A DNA stretch of 64,000 bases from an uncultured delta proteobacterium (GTDB taxonomy: Bacteria > Desulfobacterota > Binatia > UBA9968), in the NCBI GenBank assembly GCA_963737905.1, contig CAVTUQ010000025.1:288001-352000 (forward strand), in the 5' to 3' direction. The first letter of the stretch is position 1. Each line of letters begins with the position of its first letter. A program made the translations under genes and the position numbers. Positions 39,239 to 50,072 of this stretch are shown one piece after another. The notes under the pieces were generated by a model, which was not told where the DNA came from, ran no database searches, and saw only the letters and a list, made by a program, of their open reading frames with translations.

Positions 39239-39649
39239 ATGCCCCGTCCAGACCGCGCGCTGGAGCTCGAAGTCGTCCGCCGTGCGCAAGGACGCTGTGA
39301 ATATTGTCACTTTCCGGAAACCGCAGCAGAACTTCCGTTCCACGTCGATCACATCATCGCTGAAAAACATGGCGGTCAGACAGTCTCTTCCAATCTCGCA
39401 TGGGCATGTTTCTCTTGTAATTTGCACAAAGGGCCGAATATCGCCGGCCTCGATCCTGAGACTGGCGAGCTGACGCGATTATTCCACCCGCGAACCGATC
39501 TCTGGACTGACCACTTTGAATGGGCCGGTGTTTTCATTCGGGGAAAGACCGCGGTGGGACGGACAACAGTAGTAGTCCTTGCCGTAAACGATTCTGATTC
39601 CGTAGCCGTGCGCGAGGCTTTACGTGACGAGGATGTTTTCGACTTTTAG
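39239..39649 (+). CDS. HNH endonuclease
   Basis: RCEYC, HVDHII..HGG, NLAWACFSCNLHKG, LFHPR. Confidence 0.9.
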   Translation: MPRPDRALELEVVRRAQGRCEYCHFPETAAELPFHVDHIIAEKHGGQTVSSNLAWACFSCNLHKGPNIAGLDPETGELTRLFHPRTDLWTDHFEWAGVFIRGKTAVGRTTVVVLAVNDSDSVAVREALRDEDVFDF

Positions 39650-39859
39650 AACCATAAAGGATGCACAATGGCCAAGAGGACAGATCGCATTGGCAAGGCT
39701 CTAGCGGCACCAAGACAGATTTACGTAGGAACCCGCCCTTCAGGCCCGCTGGAATTGCTTCAACTGGGAAAAGAAATTGGCGCAAGGCTGAGATCTAGGG
39801 GGGCGGCCCAGTGATCCAAAGTGGAATGTGCGCAGGGTGATTAACGTTAGAACCACATC

Positions 39860-39952
39860 TGACCTTGAACCTGGAACTTTGAACGAAGCATTCGTCATCT
39901 GACGTTGAACCTTGAACTCAGGGCAAGCACTAGAACTTTGAACGAAGCATTT
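39860..39952. repeat. TTGAAC(C/T) heptamer-type intergenic repeat
   Basis: Multiple TTGAAC units and GAACTTTGAACGAAGCATT present twice. Confidence 0.6.
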
Positions 39953-39954
39953 TG

Positions 39955-41026
39955 CTAGCGCAACTGGGACATATGCACGAAGGCGCTCATCTCGTGCGGA
40001 AAGAGTCACCGCCGGCGCTTTGCAGACATGATGCGGTTTGATCTGATCGACGCGAGTTACTCCAAGCAGCGCCATATCGATGGTAATCTCCTCCTCGAGC
40101 AACTCGAGGACGCGCATCAAGCCGGCCTGACCTCCCGCGCCCAAGCCCCAGCCCTGGAGTTTCCCGATGGTCACAGCCTTACACCCAAGCGCCAGCGCCT
40201 TTAAAACGTCGGTACCGCGGGTCACGCCGCCGTCCAGCACGATGTCCACCTTGCCGCCCGCCGCTTCGGCAATTTCCGGAAGCGTGTCGATGGTGCCTCT
40301 GCCGTGATCCAACTGCCTTCCCCCGTGATTCGAGACGTAGATTACGTCGACTCCGTGCTCTACTGCCAATTTGGCATCTTCCGCAGTCGCCACTCCCTTT
40401 AGAATGAAAGGCAGGCCGGCGATTTTTTTGATCGCCTCCATCGTTTGCCAGGTCAGCATCGCTTGAAAGTGTCGGCCCGTCTCGGATCGTCTGCTGGGCG
40501 GCTGCCAACGGTTGAGCAGTGGCCGCTCGCGGCGGCTGTAATGGGCCGTATCGACGGTCAGGCAGAGGGCATGATATCCGGCTTTCTTCACGCGCCCGAG
40601 GATCTCTTCACACCAATCCAAACCGCCACGGATGTAGAGCTGAAAAATCTTTGGATGGTTCGTGCTCGCGGCGATCTCTTCCAGGCTCGGCTGGGTAACG
40701 GAACTGACGAAGTTCATCGTGCCGAACTCAGCCGCAGCCTTCGCCACCGCGACTCCGCCCTCGGGTGTGATCGTCTGCAATGAACCGATGGGGGCCATCA
40801 TAACGGGAATGCGCAGCTTCTGCCCCAAGAACGTCGTCGAAGTGTCGATCTTTGAAACATCTACCAGCACCCGCGGGCGCAATCCCAGGCTGTCAAAACC
40901 GAAACGGTTGCGGCGCATGGTGGTTTCAGACTCCGCACCACCGGTTAGATAATCCCACACGTCCTGTGGCAGATTGCGCCGCGCCGCTTGGATGATCTCT
41001 TGGTTACTGACGTAATCGAGGCTCAT
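39955..41026 (-). CDS. FMN-dependent alpha-hydroxy-acid oxidase (1-nt insertion near 40001)
   Basis: LTVDT, LKG, VSNHGGRQLD, DGGV.RG.DV.KAL; deleting one base gives the C-terminus TLPHEMSAFVHMSQLR*. Confidence 0.88.
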
Positions 41027-41136
41027 TGTAAGAACTCCTTTCGTCCCTGTTGACACAGAAATCCGACAACTCAGTCCCCTTTAACTCTGCTGTTTCTTAT
41101 GTGTGCTGCCTTCGTTCCGTCGTTGCATGGTTCCAT

Positions 41137-42811
41137 TCAATTCGTAACGGCTCCCTGAGACGCCGAAGAAACAAGTTTGGCATATTTTGCCATGACTCCG
41201 GTGGTATACCGAGGAGCGGGAGGTGACCATTGGCGCAGCCGCGCATTCATCTCCTCTCCGGAGATCACAACGTCGAGCCGCCTCGCCTCGATATCAAAAA
41301 CAATCGTATCGCCGTCACGAACCAGTGCGATGGGGCCACCATGGGCCGCCTCAGGCGCGACATGACCGGCCATGAGACCATGGGTCGCTCCGGAGAACCG
41401 GCCATCGGTAAGGAGCGCAACGGAATCACCCAGACCGGCGCCCACAAGAGCAGCGGTCACACCGAGCATCTCGCGCATTCCAGGCCCGCCTTTCGGACCT
41501 TCATAGCGAATCACAACGACGTCGTTAGGTTTAATTTGTCCTTTTTGCACCGCCTGGAAGGCGTCTTCCTCGCGATCGAAGACACGCGCCGGACCTTTGT
41601 GAATCATTCTTTCATGCCCCGCAACTTTAACCACGCAACCTTCCGGCGCCAGATTGCCTTTGAGAATCACTAGGCCTCCGGTGGGCTTCAGCGGGTTCGA
41701 CAGTGGGCGCACGACTTCTTGCCCGGCAGTTTCCCGCACCGATTGCAATGCTTCGGCGAGGGTACGACCGTCCACGGTCAGCGCATCGCCGTGAATCAAA
41801 CCGCCATCAAGTAAGCGCTTGGCGACGAGTTGGATGCTGCCTGCTTTGTAGAGATCGCTGGCGACAAATCGACCACCCGGCTTGAGGTCGGCGATCAAGG
41901 GAGTACGATTGCTAATGGAATCAAAGTCGTCAATGGTCAAATCGACGCCGGCCTCACGCGCGATGGCAAGCAAATGCAGCACGGCATTCGTCGAACCGCC
42001 GGTGGCAGCCACCGAGGCAATAGCATTCTCGATGGATTTGCGCGTGATGATCCGAGACGGCCGCAAGTCACGGCGCAATAGATCAACGACGAGCTTCCCT
42101 GCATTGAAAGCGGCCTCGTCTTTTTCCCCAACCGTCGCCGGAATCCCATTGCTCCCCATCGGGCGAGATACCCAGAAATTCCATGACCGTAGACATGGTA
42201 TTGGCCGTGAACTGCCCGCCGCAGGCGCCCGCACCCGGGCACGCCGTATTTTCGACGGCTTTGAATTGATCCGCGTCGATCCTGCCGCTTCCATACGCCC
42301 CCACCGCCTCAAAAACGTCTTGAATCGTCAGGTCACGGTCTCCGAGATGCCCTGGGGCGATGGAACCGCCGTAGAGCGCGAGTCCGGGAATATCGAGGCG
42401 AGCGAGCGCCATAACGACACCGGGATTCGTTTTGTCACAGCCCGAAAGGCAGATCAACGCGTCGAAGTGATTGCCCCGAGCCACCAGCTCGATGGAATCC
42501 GCAATCACTTCGCGACTGACGAGCGAGCACTTCATCCCCTCCGCGCCCATGCTGATTCCATCGGAGATCGATACCGTGTTGAATTCCATGGGCGTTCCGC
42601 CCGCGGCTCGGATGCCCTCCTTGACTTTGGCCGCTAGGCGGCGGAGATGGAAATTACACGGACCGATTTCGATCCAGGTGTTCGCCACGCCGACGATAGG
42701 TCGCGACAAATCTTCGTCCGAAAAACCAACGGCCTTCAACATCGCCCGCGACGGCGCCCGATCGGGTCCATCGGTGATCACGCGACTTCGAGGTTTTAAA
42801 TTTTCAGCCAT
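41137..42811 (-). CDS. ilvD: Dihydroxy-acid dehydratase (frameshift near 42162)
   Basis: [24 protein letters not shown] / [23 protein letters not shown] across two frames. Confidence 0.93.
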
Positions 42812-42957
42812 AAAATGCTCCTTATCAGTAGCACAGAGGATTAATTAACAATGGCGGTCCTGCTTTTGCAAGCAGCATTCAAATGAGTGAATTTACATTT
42901 ACGGTTCCTACGTAATGAACGGCACAGCCATCGCCGGACCGATTGGCCCCATTTTGC

Positions 42958-42986
42958 TTGACAGCGGTGATGCTGATCGATAGGTT
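42958..42986 (+). promoter_or_regulatory. Putative sigma70 promoter
   Basis: TTGACA-17 nt-TAGGTT upstream of the M43 protease. Confidence 0.45.
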
Positions 42987-43104
42987 TCACACAAAGCTTC
43001 ACAGCGCCAGAACTTGGAATGACGATAGACGTTTATTGTGCTCTAAGCCGAATTAGAGTCTCGGGATTACGCCTATCGTGATCCCTTAAAACAAGGAGGG
43101 GCAG

Positions 43105-43989
43105 ATGGCAACAGCGAAGGAACCGAAACTGATGCGCCGTACGTGCGGCACAATGGGCGCACACATGTTCATGCTCGAACGGTATCCGGCGTTCCGCGCA
43201 AGACAACAGCGACTGGAAGGCGAAACCGCCCGCCGTCGCGCGCTGGGATTCGTGGCAGCGGAGCTCAAGCTCGCCAAGATCAAGGTGGTCGTCAACGTCG
43301 TCTACAACGACGCGACACAAAACGTCTCCGACGCCCAAATCAACAGCCAGATCAAAGCGCTCAATCTCGATTTTCGGGCGAAAAACTCCGACAAGAAAAA
43401 GACACCCGCCGTATGGAACGGACTCGTCGCCGACTCGCAAGTCGAATTTGAGCTTTACAAAGTCACGCGCACGCAAACCACGCAGTCGTCCTTCGGAGCC
43501 GATGACGATGTCAAGCGCGCTTCGACGGGCGGCATAGCTCCGCTCAATCCGAGCCGCTACCTCAATCTTTGGGTGTGCCCGCTGGGAGGCGGGCTACTGG
43601 GTTATGCGCAGTTTCCCGGCGGGCCAAAGACAACCGATGGTGTCGTGATTAACTATCGCGCATTCGGAACCGTGGGCACGGCCCAATCGCCGTTTAACAA
43701 AGGACGAACTGCCACCCATGAGATCGGGCACTACTTCAACCTGCGCCACATTTGGGGCGATACTGAGGATTGCAGCGGGAGCGACATGGTCGCCGACACT
43801 CCCAACTGTGCCGGTCCCAACTATGGAAAACCAACGTTTCCCAAAGTCTCCTGCAACAATGGTCCCAGTGGCGACATGTTTGTGAATTACATGGACTATG
43901 TGGACGACGCCGCCATGTTCATGTTTACGCCGCAACAGATGGCACGCATGCGCGCCACTCTCGATGGCCCGAGACGCTCGCTATGGTAG
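43105..43989 (+). CDS. M43 (pappalysin/ulilysin-like) zinc metalloprotease
   Basis: RTCGTM Cys-switch-like propeptide, HEIGHYFNLRH, NYMDY Met-turn. Confidence 0.93.
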   Translation: MATAKEPKLMRRTCGTMGAHMFMLERYPAFRARQQRLEGETARRRALGFVAAELKLAKIKVVVNVVYNDATQNVSDAQINSQIKALNLDFRAKNSDKKKTPAVWNGLVADSQVEFELYKVTRTQTTQSSFGADDDVKRASTGGIAPLNPSRYLNLWVCPLGGGLLGYAQFPGGPKTTDGVVINYRAFGTVGTAQSPFNKGRTATHEIGHYFNLRHIWGDTEDCSGSDMVADTPNCAGPNYGKPTFPKVSCNNGPSGDMFVNYMDYVDDAAMFMFTPQQMARMRATLDGPRRSLW

Positions 43990-44017
43990 GCGCGCTATCC
44001 GGGCAACGATGTAAAAT

Positions 44018-44347
44018 ATGGCTCAGAAAAAACTAAGCCCGGAGTTGTTTCGGCATCGTTGGATTCACTCCTTCGAGGAGGATAGCGACCAGGCTCAAGT
44101 TTACCGGCCTCAATCCTGGGACTTTCCCTTGTCGCGCCGTCCGCGCGAAGCTTTTGAATTGCGCGCGGACGGCACGGCTCAGCTCTTTTTACCCGGCGCG
44201 GAAGACCGGCCGGAAGCGGCAGATGCATCATGGACCGAAGAAGAAGGTGAGCTGATCATACGCTCGGCAAAAAAGGCAACCCGCGGCGCGTTCAACTTAC
44301 GTATTGTCGAGTCCGCAGCCGACAAGCTCGTTGCACGTCGCTCCTAG
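44018..44347 (+). CDS. Hypothetical small beta-rich protein downstream of the protease
   Basis: WIHSFEED...VYRP...FP.SR..R..FEL..DG pattern. Confidence 0.65.
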   Translation: MAQKKLSPELFRHRWIHSFEEDSDQAQVYRPQSWDFPLSRRPREAFELRADGTAQLFLPGAEDRPEAADASWTEEEGELIIRSAKKATRGAFNLRIVESAADKLVARRS

Positions 44348-44564
44348 CGATTCAGTTTCCAATTTCCAAATCTTCTGCCACTCACCGAGACTCACAAGCA
44401 ATAAGAATTGACCGGTTTATTGTCTTGAATTTCTGCAGTCTGGGCAAACTATTGAAATTCAGACTATAATTGGTAATGAGTACAGGTCGGCGGGGAGCCA
44501 TGCATCATTCCATCCTTTCTCATACATGCCACGTGAAGAGTTTCTAAATGTAACCGGAGAATGA

Positions 44565-45563
44565 ATGAATAGAGCAACTATAACTTTCCTGGGGGGCTTC
44601 GTCACACTTGCGTTACTGCTCGTCTGCCCCGTTTCCGTTCGCTCCGCTGATCCAATGATTGTGGGCGTTGCCGGACCGGCAATCAACATGGTGTATTCCT
44701 TTGTGGCTAGAGATGCGGGGCTTTTTCAGAAGTATGGTCTCGATGCCCGCATCGTCGTGTTTGACGCCGGCTCTATCTTGGCCCAGGCCGCGCTCTCGGG
44801 CGAGGTCAAAGTTTCCGTATCGTCGGGACCCGCCACCATTGCTTCTCGCACCCAAGGGGCAGACACAATTATCATTGCGGCTTGCGTCAATACGCTCCCC
44901 TATAGCCTGGTCACTGCCAAAGGAATAACCAAGTGGGATCAGCTCAAAGGAAAGAAAATCGCCATCAGTCGCTTCGGTTCGGGAACGGACACGGCGATCC
45001 GCTTGGTGCTAAAGCAATTTGGGCTCGATCCAGTCAAAGATGTCATCATCGTTCAGCTCGGCACCCAGCCAAGCCGCGTGCAGGCTTTGGCGGCCGGGGC
45101 CATCGATGCTACCATCATCTCGCCGCCATTGGATATAACCGCGAAAAAACAGGGCTATCAGATTCTCGTGAACATCGCGGAACTTAAGATTCCCTACCCG
45201 CAACAAGTGATTGAAATGACGGACCGTTTCATCCGGGAGAACCCGCACATGGCCAAGACCATCCTGAAAGGGTTTATCGAGGGTGTCCGCTATGCAACGA
45301 CGCATAAAGAAGAAACAAAGAAGATAATAACCAAATACTTAAAGACCGCCGATCCTGAAATCCTCGAAGCGACTTATCAGAGCTTTGTCCAGGTCACCGA
45401 TGAAAACTGCTATCCGAATCTGGAGGGCATCCGCAATGCTATGGACGAAGTGGCGCAGCGCGTCCCTGGGGTCAAGAGCAAAAAGCCCCAGGACTTCGTC
45501 AACACGCGCTTTCTAACAGATCTCGAGAAGGAAGGTTTTTTTAAACAGATAACAGAAAAATGA
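44565..45563 (+). CDS. ABC transporter substrate-binding protein (NMT1/SsuA-like)
   Basis: Signal peptide, GLFQKYGLD, LKGKKIAISRFGS, ALAAGAIDA. Confidence 0.88.
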   Translation: MNRATITFLGGFVTLALLLVCPVSVRSADPMIVGVAGPAINMVYSFVARDAGLFQKYGLDARIVVFDAGSILAQAALSGEVKVSVSSGPATIASRTQGADTIIIAACVNTLPYSLVTAKGITKWDQLKGKKIAISRFGSGTDTAIRLVLKQFGLDPVKDVIIVQLGTQPSRVQALAAGAIDATIISPPLDITAKKQGYQILVNIAELKIPYPQQVIEMTDRFIRENPHMAKTILKGFIEGVRYATTHKEETKKIITKYLKTADPEILEATYQSFVQVTDENCYPNLEGIRNAMDEVAQRVPGVKSKKPQDFVNTRFLTDLEKEGFFKQITEK

Positions 45564-45664
45564 CCAATAGAGCCGCGCAAACACAAGCTCCGGCTCTGCC
45601 TTAAATCTAAGAAAATTCTCGACCTTCTCTTTCCGACCCGCCGTCCTTGAGAAAGGTGATAAGC

Positions 45665-46540
45665 ATGCAAACCCTTCCGTTCAAGCAAGTCGATGTCTTC
45701 ACGCAGAAGCCGTTCTTCGGCAATCCGGTGGCGGTCGTTATCGGTGCGGAAAGGTTGGCAACGGAAGAAATGCAGCGCATCGCGGCATGGACCAATCTAT
45801 CGGAAACGACTTTTGTGCTCCCGCCGTCGTCCGAGCGGGCAGACTATCGCTTGCGCATTTTTACGCCGAAGCAAGAGCTGCCGTTCGCGGGCCATCCGAC
45901 CGTAGGCAGCGCCCATGCTGTGATGGAATGTGGTTCTGCCACGCCACGAGGGGGGAAACTTCGTCAGGAGTGCCCTGCGGGCTTGATCGAACTAACGGTG
46001 GAGGACACGGAGATCGGCAAACGCATTCTAGTTCAAGCGCCGGAGGCAAAGATAAACCCGCTCACCGATAACAACAATCGGCTGCTCACTTCGGGGTTGG
46101 GTGCGGCTTGTGATTCGAGCGATCCCCCTTTGCGAGTGGATGTTGGCGTCGTGTGGCTGGTCGCGAACCTGGGCGATGCGGGCGTCGTGGCGACACTCAA
46201 ACCGGTCCTCGACACACTCTTGAATGTATGCGCTGAAACTCAAGCGGCCGGCGTGACGGTTTTCGGTCGGGCGAATGATGGCCATTTCGCGCTCCATGTC
46301 CGTTCCTTCGCTCCCGCACTCGGGGTGGCGGAAGATCCGGTCTGCGGCAGCGGCAATGCAAGCGTGGCGGCGTTTCTGCTTCATACTGGGAAATCAAATG
46401 ACTTCGGTTCCAAATACGTCGCCCGCCAGGGCATGCAAGTGGGCCGCGACGGCCATGTCGCCGTACGCATCGACGGAATGTCGATCCAGATCGGCGGTTA
46501 CGCGGTCACCTGCGTCGATGGGAGCCTGCGTGTGAAGTGA
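45665..46540 (+). CDS. PhzF family isomerase
   Basis: QVDVF...GNP, NLSETTF, ELPFAGHPT, EDPVCGSG. Confidence 0.93.
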   Translation: MQTLPFKQVDVFTQKPFFGNPVAVVIGAERLATEEMQRIAAWTNLSETTFVLPPSSERADYRLRIFTPKQELPFAGHPTVGSAHAVMECGSATPRGGKLRQECPAGLIELTVEDTEIGKRILVQAPEAKINPLTDNNNRLLTSGLGAACDSSDPPLRVDVGVVWLVANLGDAGVVATLKPVLDTLLNVCAETQAAGVTVFGRANDGHFALHVRSFAPALGVAEDPVCGSGNASVAAFLLHTGKSNDFGSKYVARQGMQVGRDGHVAVRIDGMSIQIGGYAVTCVDGSLRVK

Positions 46541-46593
46541 CAGCCGGTGGCGGCAACGAGGAGTCAGACATTGCCAAAATCGACGCCATCCCG

Positions 46594-48608
46594 TCAGTTG
46601 TCCGCGCCTACGACCGCTCTTGGCGCTCGAGCGCGAGGGGAGCGGGCCAGCCACTCCAACGCCACAAGTAAAATAGCTAACGCGAGTCCGATACCATTCG
46701 TGGCCCAGGTTAGCGCCGCAAAGTCGCCGCTGTGCATCGGTATCAGCAAACCGGCTGCGGCAAGGACAAAAAGAATCCGTTTAATGACACCCACCGGGAC
46801 GAAACAGATAGCCCACCAAGCCAACACTGAGCAGGACGGCGCCGACGACGGCGGTCGTAACTGAAAGCAACACGATGTACCAATGCCCGATCAGTAACAG
46901 CGAAGGAGAAAAGACAAACAAAAAGGGGACGACATAGGCAATGGCGCAAAGCCGCATCCCCTCCCAGCCGGTTTTTATCGGATCCGTCTTGCCGATGGAT
47001 GCCGCAGCGTAGCTGGCGATACAAACCGGCGGCGTGATCATGCTCAGCATACCGAAGTAAAAGATGAATAAATGTGCTGCGATCGGAAGAATACCCAACT
47101 TCGGAAAGGCCCGGCGCCACTAGAACCGCGAGCAAAACGTAAACCGCCGTGGTGGGCATGCCCATGCCGAGAATCATACTCACGATAGCCGTTAAGATTA
47201 GAAGCAGAGGAGCGCTGCTCTGCCCAAGGTTGAGAAGGGTCAAGGTCAGGCTGAAGCCCAGACCCGTCAGTTGAAGAATGCCGATGACGACACCGGCCAA
47301 GCCGGTGATAGCGGCTATCTCCAGCATGCTACGGCCCATACTGATTAAGATCTTGAAGATTTCGCGCGGACCGACGCGAATTCCCGGTGTGAGTAAACCT
47401 ACGACGAGGCCGGCCAAGGTGGCCGTGAGTCCCGCTTCTTCCGGTCGCCAATTGAGGAAGAACATCAAAACGATCAGCACAATTAACGGAACTACAAAGC
47501 CCGCGCAGTGCCGCATTACCTTGAGCAGGTGAGGCAACTCCGCGCGCGGCAGGCCGTGAATACCATTGCGCGCCGCCAACAAGTCGACCTGAATAAAAAG
47601 CGTTACATAGTAAAGAATCGCGGGCACCAGTGCTGCCAGCGCCACTTGTGCATAGGGGATGCCGAGATACTCGGCGATCAAAAAGGCCGCGGCGCCCATA
47701 ACCGGCGGCATGATCTGTCCGCCCGTCGAGGCGACAGCCTCTACGGCGGCAGCCTGCGGAGGAGGATAGCCCGCTTTTTTCATCATCGGTATAGTGAAGG
47801 CGCCGTCAACCACCACGTTGGCCACTGCACTGCCGCTGATATTGCCAAACAAGCTGGAAGAGACGATGGCGATCTTGGCCGGGCCGCCGCGAAACCGGCC
47901 CATGACGGCCTGAGCAAAATCGCTCAGGAATGCGGCACCGCCGATCGCGTTCAGAACCTCGCCGAAGAGGATAAAGACCAAGACTATGCTCGACCCTACT
48001 TGCAGGGGCAGACCGAAGATTCCATTGGCATCGAGATACAGGTAGGTAGCAAGACGGCTCACCGACCAGCCACGACCGTAAAAATCTCCGGGAAAAAGGT
48101 AGGCGAAGAAAGCGTAGAAAACGAAAACAGCAGCAATGATGACGAGGGGCAAGCCCACGAGCCGCCGGGTGGCCTCGGCCAACAACAAGATCGTAACAGT
48201 ACCTAAAACGACTCTTTCCTGGGTGATCTCACCCAAGGTGTTTACGAGCGCGGGATATTCAATGAAAACATAGAGTCCCACTCCAAGACCTGCGGTCGCG
48301 GCAACTAAATCATACCACGGTACCCGGTCAGGCTCGGCGGCCGCTCTTACGGGTATCAGGAGAAACGTCGCGAAGAGTGCCAGCGCCAAGAACAGCCCCA
48401 TATACTGTTCATTGAAGGCCAACCAACCGATTCTCTGGGGCACATCGAGTAGAAAAAAGATCCCCACCACCGGAATCGCGATGAGGGCACCGTTTGCTGC
48501 CCAGGCGAGAGGGCCGTGCAGTTGCTCGAGAACGGGCACTTTCCTCGATTTCCACCTTATCGACCTTTGAAGAATTCGGAGCCGAAGCCATTGCGCCGGC
48601 TCCGGCAA
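46594..48608 (-). CDS. TRAP transporter fused permease (TAXI-associated), frameshifts near 47105 and 46797
   Basis: GGPAK, SGSAVANV, EAVASTGGQIMPPVMGA, LGMGMPTT, ITPPV across frames. Confidence 0.88.
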
Positions 48609-48624
48609 AACGCGCTCCTGAATT

Positions 48625-49671
48625 TTAACTACAGATTTCTTTTAAACGCGCTTCTTGTTTGGCCGTCCATACGCCGACTTCCTTGTAGAACTTAATGGCT
48701 CCGGGATGGTACGGCACGGTGAAGTTAGTGAGCGCCTGATGTTCTTTCGTCCACTTTTTGAAAAGCGGATGTAGTGTCTGGAGTTCCGCGAGATTATCCC
48801 ACCATGTTTTCACCATCGTATAGACGGTTTTTTCGCTGACTTTGGTGGAGCTGACGAGTTGGAGAGGATAACCAATTACATGGGTTTCACCCTTGACACC
48901 CGTGGTCGGGTCTGACTTTACAATCGCGGCGCCATAGCGAGCTAGAACATTGTTGGCCGCGTCTGTACTTGGGAGATTAATGAACCGTATCGGCTCCATC
49001 GCATTGACCTCCTCCACCAGACCGATACCGAGCGCCGAGATCGACGAATCGACCTTTCCCTCTGCCACCGCGCGCACGCCATCGTTCAAATTGGAAACGC
49101 GCACCTGAACCACATCCGTGCCCTTCAAGCCGCCGGTCTCCAACATGGCATCTTGCCACGTCTGATTGATCGCATGGCCGCCGAAATCCCAGGCCATCCG
49201 CTTGCCCTTGAGATCCGAAACCTGCTTGATTTCCGACTTGTCACGAACCAAGAGTCCTGCGGTGAAGGGGAAGACACCGCCCTGGACAACGCGGATACTC
49301 TGATAAGCTTTTTTATAATTGCCTGTCCCCGTCGCCGCCATATAGGAGTCCAAGATATTGATGATGCCGAACTCCAGCTCGCCGTTATCCAACAAGGTCA
49401 TCCAGGCATTGGGGCCATTGTAGGGTTGAACCTTGCCCGATACCGGGGTCGTCTTGCTCGCCACCGCTGCCAGTCCCGACCCTAGAGCATGAGCGCCGGT
49501 GCCGGCGGGATTGGTCCCGATGGCGATAGTGCGCGGGAGGTTATCGCTTTTATTGGTCACCGGGCCGCAATCGAGCTTGGCTGCTGCTGCAAATCCGGGG
49601 AGCTGCCCTTGAACGGTCAGCAAGCCGACGACCGCGACCATAGCCAGAACTTTCTTAAATCTACGGATCAT
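48625..49671 (-). CDS. TAXI family TRAP solute-binding protein
   Basis: Signal peptide, GT...G, DLKGKR, PYHPGAIKFYKE.G. Confidence 0.9.
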   Translation of the reverse strand: MIRRFKKVLAMVAVVGLLTVQGQLPGFAAAAKLDCGPVTNKSDNLPRTIAIGTNPAGTGAHALGSGLAAVASKTTPVSGKVQPYNGPNAWMTLLDNGELEFGIINILDSYMAATGTGNYKKAYQSIRVVQGGVFPFTAGLLVRDKSEIKQVSDLKGKRMAWDFGGHAINQTWQDAMLETGGLKGTDVVQVRVSNLNDGVRAVAEGKVDSSISALGIGLVEEVNAMEPIRFINLPSTDAANNVLARYGAAIVKSDPTTGVKGETHVIGYPLQLVSSTKVSEKTVYTMVKTWWDNLAELQTLHPLFKKWTKEHQALTNFTVPYHPGAIKFYKEVGVWTAKQEARLKEICS

Positions 49672-50072
49672 ATTTCGCCCTCCTGAGTTGATTGATTCTC
49701 CTTCTTCCGAGTCACGTTGCTCTTCCTTGTTTAGACCCGAAATCCGGACCACGCGCCGCTATCTATCCCTTTTCTCCCCCGGAGTTGTCAAGACTTTTAG
49801 GCAACACTTCCGCTTTGCTTGCAAAGTAGCTGAAGCCGGTATTCACCACGTGGGTGATGCAACCGGCGATCACAAGCCACCATTTTCGTTCCATCAGATG
49901 AAATCTCCAAACTCGTTGCTTAGCGCTGAGCGTTGAGAAAATCCGTGCAGATTAACCGAAATTTAGCGCGTAAGGAAGGCATTTACTCCATCTCTAAGTC
50001 TAGTAGACTGGGATTGATCTCAACGAAACTCCCGGATTTTCACGCCACAGCCAAGATTAGGAGACGCGACAC

